A DNA stretch of 64,000 bases from a virus: positions 5,870 through 69,869 of IMG/VR virus record IMGVR_UViG_3300025529_000004, one strand, 5' to 3'. Every line of letters starts with the position of its first letter. The first letter of the stretch is position 1. The position numbers and the translations under genes are program-made. Below the pieces are notes generated by a model. It was not told where the DNA came from. It worked only from the letters and a program-made list of their open reading frames with translations, and made no database searches. Positions 19,287-29,642 of the stretch are shown in pieces.

Positions 19287-19304
19287 CGATTCTTCCTCAA
19301 TTCA

Positions 19305-19583
19305 TCAAACATATACATCCACATCATTTACTTTGATATATGTATTCCCGCTTCTAATATCCTCCTCAACAAACGTTCTAAACAGTAATCCTTTCTTCAT
19401 GGCTTCAGTGAAAAACATTCCAGTAGTGTATCCAATGATAAAATCAACTGCTTCATTTTCCGTTTTAAAACTTTCAATTGGCAGCCGAGAAAACTCCGTT
19501 ACGATATGATATTCATCTCCATTTTTTACATAGTTAATGTTAGAAATATCAGCAATCATCATTTTGTATCCCTCCGATTTCAT
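19305..19583 (-). CDS. hypothetical protein
   Basis: ORF downstream of a variant promoter element (~19605). Confidence 0.55.
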   Translation of the reverse strand: MKSEGYKMMIADISNINYVKNGDEYHIVTEFSRLPIESFKTENEAVDFIIGYTTGMFFTEAMKKGLLFRTFVEEDIRSGNTYIKVNDVDVYV

Positions 19584-19771
19584 TTTTAATTATAAATTAC
19601 TAATTATTATTTTAATTTGTTTTAAAAAAGCTAATTCATTGAAAAAATAAGATATAATCCACCAAGAAATGATAATAGAAAGCAAATAATCGTGAAACCA
19701 TATTCACTTAATAAAGTTTTGATCATGATCTAGTCCTCCTTAATTTTTATCAATTCTTTAATATGAAATCA

Positions 19772-20005
19772 TTATTTTATTCGTTCTAACTTACTCCAGT
19801 GAACTAATTCTGTTTTTGTAGGATATTCCTCTTTATCCATTACCTCAATTTCCTGAAATTTTGAATATAATTCAAAAACAATATCTCCTGCATTAAACTG
19901 TTTAGTATCTTCGAGAAGTACATATTTTTTAATTTCTATCATAATCACTCCTTTAATTATCTTCATTATTATAACCACTATCATCAAATCTGGATACAAT
20001 TTCAT
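19772..20005 (-). CDS. hypothetical protein (true start likely at MIEIKK)
   Basis: AAAGGAGTG RBS before the internal ATG. Confidence 0.45.
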   Translation of the reverse strand: MKLYPDLMIVVIIMKIIKGVIMIEIKKYVLLEDTKQFNAGDIVFELYSKFQEIEVMDKEEYPTKTELVHWSKLERIK

Positions 20006-20165
20006 TGGGTACTTCTTTCAAGTACCCTTTTTTTATCTTCATGGCGCAGAAAACTGAAATTGCCTTTTTTATCAACATAATATCCAATAACCTTTTTTCA
20101 TATTATCATCCCTTATATATGTTTTTGACGTTTAAATTTAATCTTTTTTCGCACATATAAAATTG

Positions 20166-20375
20166 TTATTTAATCGAACCTTCACTAATTGGATTCCCCT
20201 TGTATCCATTTCTTTCAATTATATACTTGGCAATGATGTGTTCATGTCCATCAAGTGCCAAAGGAATGTTTTCTTCTAATATTTTGTATCCCTTCTTCTG
20301 CATTTCTGTAGAATGTTTTCTTCTTTCTTCCTTTGTCTCATACTCATAAGTAAGAATTTCTTTAATTAGTTTCAT
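20166..20375 (-). CDS. hypothetical protein
   Basis: RBS AAAGGAG. Confidence 0.55.
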   Translation of the reverse strand: MKLIKEILTYEYETKEERRKHSTEMQKKGYKILEENIPLALDGHEHIIAKYIIERNGYKGNPISEGSIK

Positions 20376-20410
20376 TGTTCTTTCTCCTTTTAGATTTGAT
20401 TATTCCTTTT

Positions 20411-20986
20411 TTATTGATGAAACAATTGCGTTAATGCCGGAATGAATGGTGAAATAAGCGTCATATGATTTGCAGCATTTTGAATAAAGTTTTGATATGC
20501 ACTGATGAATTTATTGGTGCCTACATTATCTTTCATTTCTTCAACTAATCTAATTAATTGATCTCTTTGATCTTGTTCTTGAATGTTTCCAATTAAAACT
20601 TTCTTTAATTCACTAAATAAATCTTCAGAAGTAGTGTTAATAACATTAGTAGAATTATCATGAGAGTTAATATTTATTCTTGCATTGTTGCCTTGTATAT
20701 TATAGATGACTTGTTTTGGTTGCTCTAACTCTCTAGTTGTTTCTTTTTCAACTTTACATTGATAATGAGCCTTAAATCCATATCCCCCACTCCTGAATCC
20801 TCTATCTAAAACCACGTACCTTTCTATTAAACCATTATTCAGTTTTCTAATAAAAATGTCGCCTTCTTCTATCGGCAAGGAATCATCTTCAATGAATATC
20901 TTATTGGGCTGAACTAATGCTCTTATATTTTCAATTTTTTCTCCATTTTGTTTCTCTAAAGTTACAATATCATTTCCTTTAATCAT
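20411..20986 (-). CDS. two-domain hypothetical protein (possible moron)
   Basis: Beta-rich N-domain, Asn-rich linker, helical C-terminus FISAYQNFIQNAANHMTLISPFIPALTQL. Confidence 0.7.
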   Translation of the reverse strand: MIKGNDIVTLEKQNGEKIENIRALVQPNKIFIEDDSLPIEEGDIFIRKLNNGLIERYVVLDRGFRSGGYGFKAHYQCKVEKETTRELEQPKQVIYNIQGNNARININSHDNSTNVINTTSEDLFSELKKVLIGNIQEQDQRDQLIRLVEEMKDNVGTNKFISAYQNFIQNAANHMTLISPFIPALTQLFHQ

Positions 20987-21116
20987 ATCACATTCACCTT
21001 TTCATAGAGAATACTTTATTGATTCAGTTTGTTATTGTAATTAACTGATCCTTTTGTTCCTGTTAAAGAATCATTTTCAATGAATATCTTTTTGTATGGA
21101 GACATCGAAGTCTCCA

Positions 21117-21386
21117 TTAGATTCTGTTGGCCAACAATTGGGCTAAATTGGATAATGTTCCGATTCGTTGTTTTTCTTCCTTAATTAGACGACTCAACGT
21201 TTCAAGCTCTCTCATCAAAAATACATTCAATTCCGATGGAATGTTTTCTTGATTTAAGATGTAGAGTTTCATGACTTCGATATTTGAAGCAATTTGATTG
21301 ATATTCGATTTAGGTATCATTGGGAATTCCGACATTCGTTTCACTCCTTGGTACAAGTCTACATACATCATGCCATAATCATCCAA
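21117..21386 (-). CDS. hypothetical protein
   Basis: ORF track; co-oriented. Confidence 0.45.
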   Translation of the reverse strand: MDDYGMMYVDLYQGVKRMSEFPMIPKSNINQIASNIEVMKLYILNQENIPSELNVFLMRELETLSRLIKEEKQRIGTLSNLAQLLANRI

Positions 21387-21515
21387 CGTTTTGAATTAAA
21401 TTTTTGCCAAACCGACAATATTTTCTAATGACTAAAATCTTGTCTTTCATAATATAGTTTTTATAATACCAATTTCCTTGTTATAGCGATTTCTCCCGAT
21501 TCTTCAGACTCGAAA

Positions 21516-21710
21516 CTATCTTAATTCCATCGGATCGCTAATAAGATAATCTCCATCATGTGCGTACTCTTTCACTTCCTCAACCGTTTCAAATTCAAAA
21601 TCTACTTCTAAAACTATTTTCATTGCTTCAATTGGACTTTCAGCTTCTACAACTTACAATTCATTTGTGCCTTCGTACAGATTCGCTAAACCGATAACAT
21701 ATTTTTTCAT
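21516..21710 (-). pseudogene. small gene with an in-frame premature stop
   Basis: RBS AAGGAG; MKKYVIGLANLYEGTNEL*VVEAESPIEAMKIVLEVD...DPMELR*. Confidence 0.55.
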
Positions 21711-21749
21711 TCGATACATCTCCTTGGAATTTTTTTATTGACTTTATTA

Positions 21750-21768
21750 TATTATTTTAATTTATTTT
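21750..21768 (-). promoter_or_regulatory. repeated 19-mer within promoter (TTTACA-17-TATAAT)
   Basis: Exact 19-mer copy. Confidence 0.7.
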
Positions 21769-22044
21769 TGTAAACCCTTTTTATTAAAATTTTTGCATTT
21801 TCATCCTTTTTGTTTTTTCATAAACAATTCTCTTTTCCCAGTCTAAGAACTTAACGGTTTGATTGACTGCTCTTTTTTATATGCTCCTTTTTCTATGTAC
21901 TGATTATATCACAATATCCCATCAAATAGTACGAATATAAACAAGTTTCTTTATTTTTCTTTTTACTAAGGTATTTTAATGTGACTTTCTCCTAATACGT
22001 ATTCATGAAAAGATAAAAAGCCATCACTGATATATAAATATTTT

Positions 22045-22311
22045 TTATTTAAACTCGTTAACTAAAGCTCTAATACCTTCTTTAATTAATCCATCAACAC
22101 TTACCGTATTAGATTGGTTGGAATATTCCATAACAGTGGTTTTATAATCGCTTATCACTTTTTCAGTAAACTCCTTAATGATCTTTTTTCTTTCCTGCTG
22201 CCGTTCATCTAGATTATTTTCAAATTCAAATATACTACTTCCCATTGCTGACCAATGAGCACGATGCCTATTCATATTATCAGCCCTTTCTGTTATATAA
22301 TTAAAAGCCAC
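22045..22311 (-). CDS. hypothetical protein
   Basis: ORF track. Confidence 0.45.
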   Translation of the reverse strand: MAFNYITERADNMNRHRAHWSAMGSSIFEFENNLDERQQERKKIIKEFTEKVISDYKTTVMEYSNQSNTVSVDGLIKEGIRALVNEFK

Positions 22312-22354
22312 CGATTCTAAATGGCGGCTGTTATAAAAAAAGAAAAATCACTTT

Positions 22355-22783
22355 TTAATCCAATAATTCAATAAGATTAGATTTTTCTAAAGTATCCCTG
22401 TCAACATCTGTGTGATACCAAAATTCATTTAAATCTAAATTTTCATCGAAATCAAAGCGACCACCATATAATTTTCTCAATCTCGAAAATACAATGAATT
22501 CATTACCGATCACTTTTATTTTAAACCTATTTTTGTACTTCTTTTCAAGGACGGGATCTTCAATCGCCCCAATACGTTTCAACTCTTCTACGTTTTTTAG
22601 ATGCTTAGTCTTCTTTCCTTCTCCTTCCATGTATTGGACAATCTTTCTTTTCTGACCAAGACGATGCGTCAGAACAATAGTTGCTAAGTCTTTGCTGATA
22701 TATCCAGCCTCCAACGGTGAAAATTTGTAACCTAAGTCCTCCAATTTTTTGTAATCAAAGTCTTCTTTGATTCTTAAAATCAT
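22355..22783 (-). CDS. hypothetical protein
   Basis: RBS GGGTG; 142 aa. Confidence 0.55.
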   Translation of the reverse strand: MILRIKEDFDYKKLEDLGYKFSPLEAGYISKDLATIVLTHRLGQKRKIVQYMEGEGKKTKHLKNVEELKRIGAIEDPVLEKKYKNRFKIKVIGNEFIVFSRLRKLYGGRFDFDENLDLNEFWYHTDVDRDTLEKSNLIELLD

Positions 22784-23035
22784 TCATTTTCACCCAATCC
22801 ATTTATTTTACCTATTTACTTCGACAAAAAAACACTTTCTCCTGCCAAAAATAAAACTACAGATAACTCTTTTTCGTTTTTTTACATGTGACCCATCCGA
22901 GCTGTCTATCAATAAAACACTTGTTTCATTGATCATTCCATAAATAATGTTTTGTGGTTTATGGAAATGACCTTTCATATCAAATCCTCCTATGTATATT
23001 CATGGTGACGGTGGTGATGTTCGAGATATAAAAAA

Positions 23036-23473
23036 TCAATATTGTTTGAAGTAAGGATTTTCTTTTTTTGAGAACCAAGTCCAATTGATTCCTTCGTAAT
23101 CAACTAATACAAAATCGTTCCCATCCCTACATAAGTTACAAGCGTTAGCATCTAAAACCAAAATAGTGTTATCAATTATATCTGCAAATTTATTTAACAC
23201 TTCTTTTGTTATTTCATTGTTGTACTTTTTCATTCTTAACCAATAGCCTTCAGGATGAAAATCAATAATCTCGCCTAAATTTAAAATACGGTCATTTTTT
23301 TCAATATGTTCTAAATAATCATAATAGCATTTTATTTCTTCTAAATTGGAACGTATTCCACATCTTCCCCAATCTTTATTAGCCACTTTTATCACAGTGC
23401 CATCACCCATATCATACACCTTGCGAGAAGTCCCCTCAGCTAATAGCTTAGGTATTTTTCTCAAATTTAACAC
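23036..23473 (-). CDS. minimal protein-kinase-like (ePK/PKL fold) protein
   Basis: LAEGTSRKVY (Gly loop), VIKVA (Lys), NLEE (alphaC Glu), DANACN (catalytic DxxxxN), LVDYE (DFG-like). Confidence 0.65.
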   Translation of the reverse strand: MLNLRKIPKLLAEGTSRKVYDMGDGTVIKVANKDWGRCGIRSNLEEIKCYYDYLEHIEKNDRILNLGEIIDFHPEGYWLRMKKYNNEITKEVLNKFADIIDNTILVLDANACNLCRDGNDFVLVDYEGINWTWFSKKENPYFKQY

Positions 23474-23545
23474 TCTCCCATATAGAGATTAATTCAAAAA
23501 GACCCTAATACCAACTTTAATATCATTCTGTATAAAATCAACATT

Positions 23546-23803
23546 TTATTCATATTTGCCATATTGATTGAGCCATTTCAAACATTCTTTTTTAGTGTTT
23601 AAAGCGTCATAGTATTCTTCCCCAGACATATCACCCATATCCATATCCATACGCTCTATAGTCCATTTAACGTCTTTAATTAGATATTTAATGTCTACGT
23701 CTTTCAAGCTTAATCCATCATCAGACAAGACTGTATCTATTTGTTGTTTTGCTTCATAAGGAAGTTTATTATAAGCTTTAACTACATCTACTTTTCTTCC
23801 CAT
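23546..23803 (-). CDS. hypothetical protein
   Basis: RBS AAAGGAG. Confidence 0.55.
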   Translation of the reverse strand: MGRKVDVVKAYNKLPYEAKQQIDTVLSDDGLSLKDVDIKYLIKDVKWTIERMDMDMGDMSGEEYYDALNTKKECLKWLNQYGKYE

Positions 23804-24518
23804 TTTGCGACTCCTTTTCTATAGAAAAATCAACTTTTTTATCAAGCATAATATAAATCAAAATATTTATTCCAAGCTGTCATAAATTCATCTTTTGAAA
23901 TTATTTGAGACTTATCATTCGTGCATAGTTTAGCCTTTCTATAAGTACCTTTCTTAGTAACATAGAATTTAAATCCATCAATATCAAAGCTTTTCTTAAT
24001 ATTTTTTCTATTCATAGATAACCACCTCTGTATAAAATTAGAATTTTCTTAGAATTTGTACCAAATAACGATAAACAACTCTTCCATCTTTTAATTTAAT
24101 TTCTGCTAATCCATTTTCTTCAATCGCCTGAATGATACCAACTTTATCATCAGTTGTTAAAACTTTATCATTCACTTTATAATTCATTAAACATCATCTT
24201 CTTTCCTTATAAATACATAATACTCTTCTCCATTATTTTCATGAAGAATTGCCTCATACCCCAAATCAATTGCATATTCATATAAGAATTCAACATCATA
24301 CCCCTCTTGTTCATTTGCATATTCCTGCATTTCTTTTTCGGTCATAATTTCTTTCATATATATCACATCCTAACAGTAATTTATATAATTAAATTATAAT
24401 CCTTACATACCACCTTAATACTTTTAATCTCCACCATCAATCCATTTGATCATTTCATGATATAGATATTTTAAAGTCGCTGTTATACAAAGGGAGCGAC
24501 ATCACTCCCCTAACAATT

Positions 24519-25004
24519 TTAAAAGCAAATGTCTCCTGATGGAGCTTTTACCATGATTCGTCTTTGTTCCCCGAAAATATTTTCTTGAATAAGTTCCACT
24601 GAATTGTCTGCAAAGTCCGCAGTTGAAACAGTTTGCCATTGCGGTTTGACTTCTTTGATGTAGTGACAGAACCTTCTGTATCTTTGTTCCAACTTAAAAA
24701 TGTCTGTCCATATATCTTCATTTGCACCCATATCATAAGCTATTTTGCGCGTATATGTTCCTTTTCCGAATCCGACAATTTCAGATTCGGAAATATCAGC
24801 AACAACAACAAAGTCATAACCATGATGATTTGGAAGCGAATAGGCTTCCGTAAACCAGCACGTAACAGCTCCTAATTCTTTTCTGTACGTGCTATCTTCA
24901 TTTTCAAACTCGAATGTCGGATCTACTTTTTTATCTCTGAAGAGCTTCACCAACTCTATCAGAGAAATGCTCCTATATAATAACATCTTTCTCACCTCTC
25001 GCAA
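24519..25004 (-). CDS. hypothetical protein
   Basis: RBS GAGGTG before MLLYRS. Confidence 0.5.
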   Translation of the reverse strand: MREVRKMLLYRSISLIELVKLFRDKKVDPTFEFENEDSTYRKELGAVTCWFTEAYSLPNHHGYDFVVVADISESEIVGFGKGTYTRKIAYDMGANEDIWTDIFKLEQRYRRFCHYIKEVKPQWQTVSTADFADNSVELIQENIFGEQRRIMVKAPSGDICF

Positions 25005-25305
25005 TTGCTTCTAGGTTCAATTGCTCTTGTGTTTCTTGTGTCTACTACTTTCATATTCCTTTCTGAAATCTTATTGCAGCGTTCTTCATGCCACATCTCC
25101 AATACACTTCAGAACGAAATATATTGGAGGCATGGCACGAAGCCATATGCCTATAACACCTGAAATCTTTTTACGCCAATGATTTGGCCATCGGCGTGGC
25201 TGACTACAGACGCCGGAGAAGTATCAGGTTACGTTCAAATTACTGTCTTTGCTGTCGAAGTTTAAAACATAATAGCCGCCCTGGGTGGGGTGGAAATCAT
25301 TCCAC

Positions 25306-26028
25306 TCATACAAGTTGCCAACCTTCGCGAGCCACCGTTTGAATGATACGGCCATCCGGTAGTTCTTTCTTGTCTCGTTGGTCGTTGTGGAAGACGAGGA
25401 CGTCATACTGATTGTATGTATAGATGTCATCGTCAACGTCCGCCCAAATCGCCATCTGCGTCAACTCCCGCAACAGATAGGGGATTGGTGAGGCAAAAAC
25501 GATAGCACTTCCAAAGGGACCATCCCAAGGTATCTTGTTATGAAGGTCATAGGCGATCTTCCGCATCTCATCAAGCGTCCACCCAGCCGCCGGAACTTTC
25601 ACAAACTCAATTTCCTTGAATCGTTCCCGGAGAATGGCTTCCTGTTCCGGGAACAACGAGTGGTTTTCGTTGATGATGACGATGGCTTTCATTTGTATCT
25701 CTCCTTTAGGATTTTCTAGAAAGCTATATAACCAATTTTCCACATCTTCCAATTGCTGAGCATGTAAATCTTCAATAAGCTGCTCAAATGAGAATGTGTC
25801 AAAACTATAGGATTCATTGAAAACGGAATTTACTCCGTTTGGCACAAAACCTTTTGCTGTATCAGCTTCCGTCCGTTCATAGTAAACTGTTACTTGTAAC
25901 CACTCGCCTTCATCATTGAAATTAAGTACAAAATAACCATCTTCTTGCTCAATTTTTGTTTCACCGAGCAAGGCCTGCAACGCTTCATCGACATTCACTT
26001 CAATTCCGGCGATATTTTCAATTTTCAT
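25306..26028 (-). CDS. apparent in-frame fusion of two phage genes (second start at 25692)
   Basis: Internal AAAGGAGAG RBS precedes MKAIVIINENHSLFPEQE; composition shifts to higher GC at that point. Confidence 0.6.
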   Translation of the reverse strand: MKIENIAGIEVNVDEALQALLGETKIEQEDGYFVLNFNDEGEWLQVTVYYERTEADTAKGFVPNGVNSVFNESYSFDTFSFEQLIEDLHAQQLEDVENWLYSFLENPKGEIQMKAIVIINENHSLFPEQEAILRERFKEIEFVKVPAAGWTLDEMRKIAYDLHNKIPWDGPFGSAIVFASPIPYLLRELTQMAIWADVDDDIYTYNQYDVLVFHNDQRDKKELPDGRIIQTVAREGWQLV

Positions 26029-26134
26029 TTTGAATTCCTCCTGTTTTTTCTCATTATATCAAATCATGAGTATTTTCTAAAATATCTGCTAGATACTTAA
26101 CAAGTGACATTTTTATTATTTATCTTATGTCTAT

Positions 26135-26163
26135 ATTATATTAATTTATTTTTGTTTTGTCAA
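26135..26163 (-). promoter_or_regulatory. consensus sigmaA promoter TTGACA-17-TATAAT
   Basis: Spacer contains the AAAATAAATTAA variant element. Confidence 0.75.
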
Positions 26164-26524
26164 CTAGAAAAACGAAAAAATAAAAAATATTTTGGAAGGG
26201 GGCTTGGGGGAAAGCCGACGAAAAAAATTCATGAGCATTTTTGCGAATGAATTTTTCGATTCCCCCATTATTAGTTTTGAAAACAAAAAGATACAATTAA
26301 ACCTTCCAATATATAATCCATTGATTATCCAGTTTCCTCATTTTTTTGTTTCTTAAAAATTAAAAATAGTACAAAAGACCTATTAACAAATTAATAAAAT
26401 AACCGATATAATAAGTATGATAACTATTTTTATGTATAAGAATCCCATTATATTTATTATAATTCTTATGGCTACATTATAGAGATAAAAATAATAAATG
26501 TCAACAAAAAATTAAGCGAAAGGT

Positions 26525-26725
26525 GTGTTATTAATGAATTATCAAGAAGACAAAGATTTTGTGGTATTTACTCAACGATTAGCAGGTTATCTAATGTTTC
26601 ACGGCTGCCGATTAATCAAATTAAAAAGAAACAAAAAAGATCCGAAAAAATATGTCTATTTCTTTCCTGACAATAAACGAATCAAAGAATTAATTGATCA
26701 TTATTATAAAACTTTTAAAAACTAA
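26525..26725 (+). CDS. DUF5659-like small protein
   Basis: FVVFTQRLAGYLMFHG...KKYVYFF. Confidence 0.65.
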   Translation: MLLMNYQEDKDFVVFTQRLAGYLMFHGCRLIKLKRNKKDPKKYVYFFPDNKRIKELIDHYYKTFKN

Positions 26726-26750
26726 AATAAACTGATCAGGAGGTCAACGA

Positions 26751-28250
26751 ATGAGGGTAAGCGAAGTGGTCACGATTGATGAAATTAACAAGTGGAAAAC
26801 TGGAGATATTATAACCATTAAAGCTCCAACTGGGGCAGGGAAAAGTTATTTTATTAAAAATATACTTTACGCAATCGCAAAAAAGAATAAAAAACGAATC
26901 TTAATGCTAATACATAGAAAAAATTGTGTCAATCAGTTTCAAGAAGAAATAACAAGGGATAAAAAAGATGATGTTATAGACATTTGGACATATCAATATT
27001 TAGAACATACATATAAAACCAATAAACGATTTGATTTCTCCGATTATCATTACATAGTTTGCGATGAGTTCCATTATTTTATGAGTGATGCACAATTCAA
27101 TATTTTTACTGACATATCGTTAAATACAATATTACAACAAAAAGATTGTATCAAAATCATGATGTCTGCAACAGGCGATTATATGACTAGATACATAACC
27201 AATTATAAGAAGTTAAAAACAATTAATTATGAATTACCTTTTTCATATGATTTTATTAGAAAGCTTACATTCTTCCAAAAAGACGAAACATTAGACGATT
27301 TTATCCATGAAGCAATCGAAACAAAGCAAAAAGCTATATTCTTTATTGAATCAGCTGAAAAGGCTTATAGGTTATATGAGAAATACAAGGATCATTGTCT
27401 ATTCAATTGCGGAAAAAGCAATAAACATTATAAATATGTCGATGAAGCGAAAATACATAATATGCTGAAAAATGAACGATTTGACAACTTAATTTTAATC
27501 ACAACAACATGCATGGATTCAGGTGTCAATATAAATGACGAAGATTTAAAACATATTGTCTGCGATGTGAAGGATGTTGGAACGTTGATTCAGTGTATTG
27601 GCAGAAAGCGATTGCAACACAAAAAAGATAAAATTTATTTATACATAAAGACAATCAATAATAAACAATTGGGCGGAATTGAGACACAGATCAAAAAGAA
27701 AAGGGAAATGGCACAATACTTAATGAATAACAGTGTTAAAGAATACATAGAAAAATATAAACGTCAATTAGATTATTCACAAATTGTTTATGATGATATA
27801 GTTGATGATTCAGATAAAAGCACAAAAAAGGTAAATGACTTGATGTATTTTAAATGTTTAATTGACATAATCGAAATTCAAAAAATGAAAAGCTACGGAG
27901 ATTTTGGATATTGCAAATACATGGCGCATTTGTTTGGATTTTATGATGAGGAAAAAGGATATACATACAGGCTGATCGAGGAAGAACATGAAAAAGAAAG
28001 TTTGGAAGAATATTTGGATAGTATTGTTGGGAAGGTAATGCTCCAAGCAAAAGACAGAAAAGACTTAATTGAAAAAATAAATGTAAAACAAAACGGTAAG
28101 CTACTGAAAAGTTTAAATAGTTTAAATGCAGCATTAAGCGAACAAAATTTTAATTATTACATAAAACAATTTGAAACAAGTCGAATAATAAACGGAAAGA
28201 AGAAAAAATATAAGAATGCTTGGAAAGTATTAAGATTGGTTGATGAATAA
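26751..28250 (+). CDS. superfamily 2 (DExH) helicase-like protein
   Basis: APTGAGKS, CDEFH, SAT, TTTCMDSGVNI, QCIGRKR. Confidence 0.85.
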   Translation: MRVSEVVTIDEINKWKTGDIITIKAPTGAGKSYFIKNILYAIAKKNKKRILMLIHRKNCVNQFQEEITRDKKDDVIDIWTYQYLEHTYKTNKRFDFSDYHYIVCDEFHYFMSDAQFNIFTDISLNTILQQKDCIKIMMSATGDYMTRYITNYKKLKTINYELPFSYDFIRKLTFFQKDETLDDFIHEAIETKQKAIFFIESAEKAYRLYEKYKDHCLFNCGKSNKHYKYVDEAKIHNMLKNERFDNLILITTTCMDSGVNINDEDLKHIVCDVKDVGTLIQCIGRKRLQHKKDKIYLYIKTINNKQLGGIETQIKKKREMAQYLMNNSVKEYIEKYKRQLDYSQIVYDDIVDDSDKSTKKVNDLMYFKCLIDIIEIQKMKSYGDFGYCKYMAHLFGFYDEEKGYTYRLIEEEHEKESLEEYLDSIVGKVMLQAKDRKDLIEKINVKQNGKLLKSLNSLNAALSEQNFNYYIKQFETSRIINGKKKKYKNAWKVLRLVDE

Positions 28251-28319
28251 AATTTTACCCCCCTTTTTGGGTGTGAAGCTATATATATAGCTTGTCATCC
28301 ATTTAGGGGGGTAAAATTT
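28250..28319. repeat. 70-bp imperfect palindrome with a perfect 18-bp core
   Basis: AAATTTTACCCCCCT (28250-28264) / AGGGGGGTAAAATTT (28305-28319); core AAGCTATATATATAGCTT (28276-28293). Confidence 0.85.
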
Positions 28320-28361
28320 ATTTAAATCAAATGCAAACTTAAATGCTTTTGATTCATCTTT

Positions 28362-29516
28362 TTAAGCAGATTCAGTACATTTATACAATGGAGACAATCC
28401 ATAACGTTCAATAGTTTTTTGTATAATATCATCCATTTTATCTTTATTTTGTTTAACTTTTTCTTTTACTATCTCAATGGCTTCTTTTTTAGTATCATGG
28501 CTTCCGGCTAGGCTTGCACCAGTTTTGGCTTCTGTTATTACGTATTTCCCATTGTCCAATCGACGTATAAAGCAGACATAGCCTTCAATATCGATTTTTT
28601 CCCCTTCAGCTTCCACGAAACGAGAATTTTTTAAATCATAAAAATAAAATGTTTCTTTTATCACAGGTTTAGAATTACCTTTATACTCTTTGCCAGTGTA
28701 GAACGATTTTATTTTGGCTGTTATAGTGCGTTTGGAGTCCGACTCTGAAATATTAAAGATAGACATATAAATATCTTTGTAAAGCTTGCTAGTCAAACTA
28801 GTCTTATTTATATCATTGTAAACGAGATATTGAATGTGATTCTTCATGAATTCATAATTCCCTAGATATTGCGGCATTGATTCAATTATTTTGTTAATAA
28901 ATTCATCTTTATTTGTTGCTGGAAATTTGCTTTCAATCTCATTCCAGCGATTTTCCACGGTTGCTGTTATTGCATTTTTAACCTGTTCATTCATCAATTG
29001 TTTACCTATTTCAGTCCATTTTTTGATTTTTTCTTTTCTTTCTGCTTCCTCTTTCTCTCTTTGTTTTCTTATGCGCTCCTGACGTTCTTCCTCTTCCTTT
29101 TGACGTTGTTCTGCTTCCTTCCTTTGTTGTTCTTCTTTTTGAAGTTGCTCATTGGCGATAAACTCTTTTGCTTTCTGTTCGTCTAAAAAGCCATTTTCTA
29201 GGATATAGGAAGCAAATTCATAGTCTGTTTTAGTAACGGAATAGAAAGAACCGGTTTCATCATTGAACATCTGATAATCAGTTTTTGGCTTTGTCATAGC
29301 GTCAAGGCGTTTGCTGTAATATGAATAATTAGCTTCAATATGAGGCATATAACCTTCTTTAAGAAGTGTGTAGATGAATTCTTTTTCAGTCATAACGGTT
29401 CCGTTGTGTCTGATCAATTTGTCTAATGTTTTATATTTTCTTGCTTTTTGCATAGGTTTCAGGTTCTCTCCGAATCCTAAATAAGTATTTTTCAATTCCA
29501 TCTTGTTTCCCTCCAT
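28362..29516 (-). CDS. hypothetical protein with central charged coiled coil
   Basis: 384 aa; C-terminal YVITEAKTGASL motif. Confidence 0.65.
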   Translation of the reverse strand: MEGNKMELKNTYLGFGENLKPMQKARKYKTLDKLIRHNGTVMTEKEFIYTLLKEGYMPHIEANYSYYSKRLDAMTKPKTDYQMFNDETGSFYSVTKTDYEFASYILENGFLDEQKAKEFIANEQLQKEEQQRKEAEQRQKEEEERQERIRKQREKEEAERKEKIKKWTEIGKQLMNEQVKNAITATVENRWNEIESKFPATNKDEFINKIIESMPQYLGNYEFMKNHIQYLVYNDINKTSLTSKLYKDIYMSIFNISESDSKRTITAKIKSFYTGKEYKGNSKPVIKETFYFYDLKNSRFVEAEGEKIDIEGYVCFIRRLDNGKYVITEAKTGASLAGSHDTKKEAIEIVKEKVKQNKDKMDDIIQKTIERYGLSPLYKCTESA

Positions 29517-29642
29517 TATAATTGATTCAAAAATAATTTTTATTCGCTGTTATAGAGTGTATGGATTTCATTGGCTTGCTGTTATAGAAAAAAGTTGGTC
29601 TATATGCTCCAGCAAATAGCCAGAGCATATATGATTCAATTT

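Noticed and set aside
28250-28319. Protelomerase (telRL-like) site of a linear phage-plasmid
   Set aside because: The palindrome is imperfect outside the 18-bp core and no protelomerase is recognisable in the window.
22327-29588. Recurrent GCTGTTATA motif (~22327, 24479, 29547, 29578)
   Set aside because: Also occurs inside coding regions and within terminator hairpins; too short to separate from chance.
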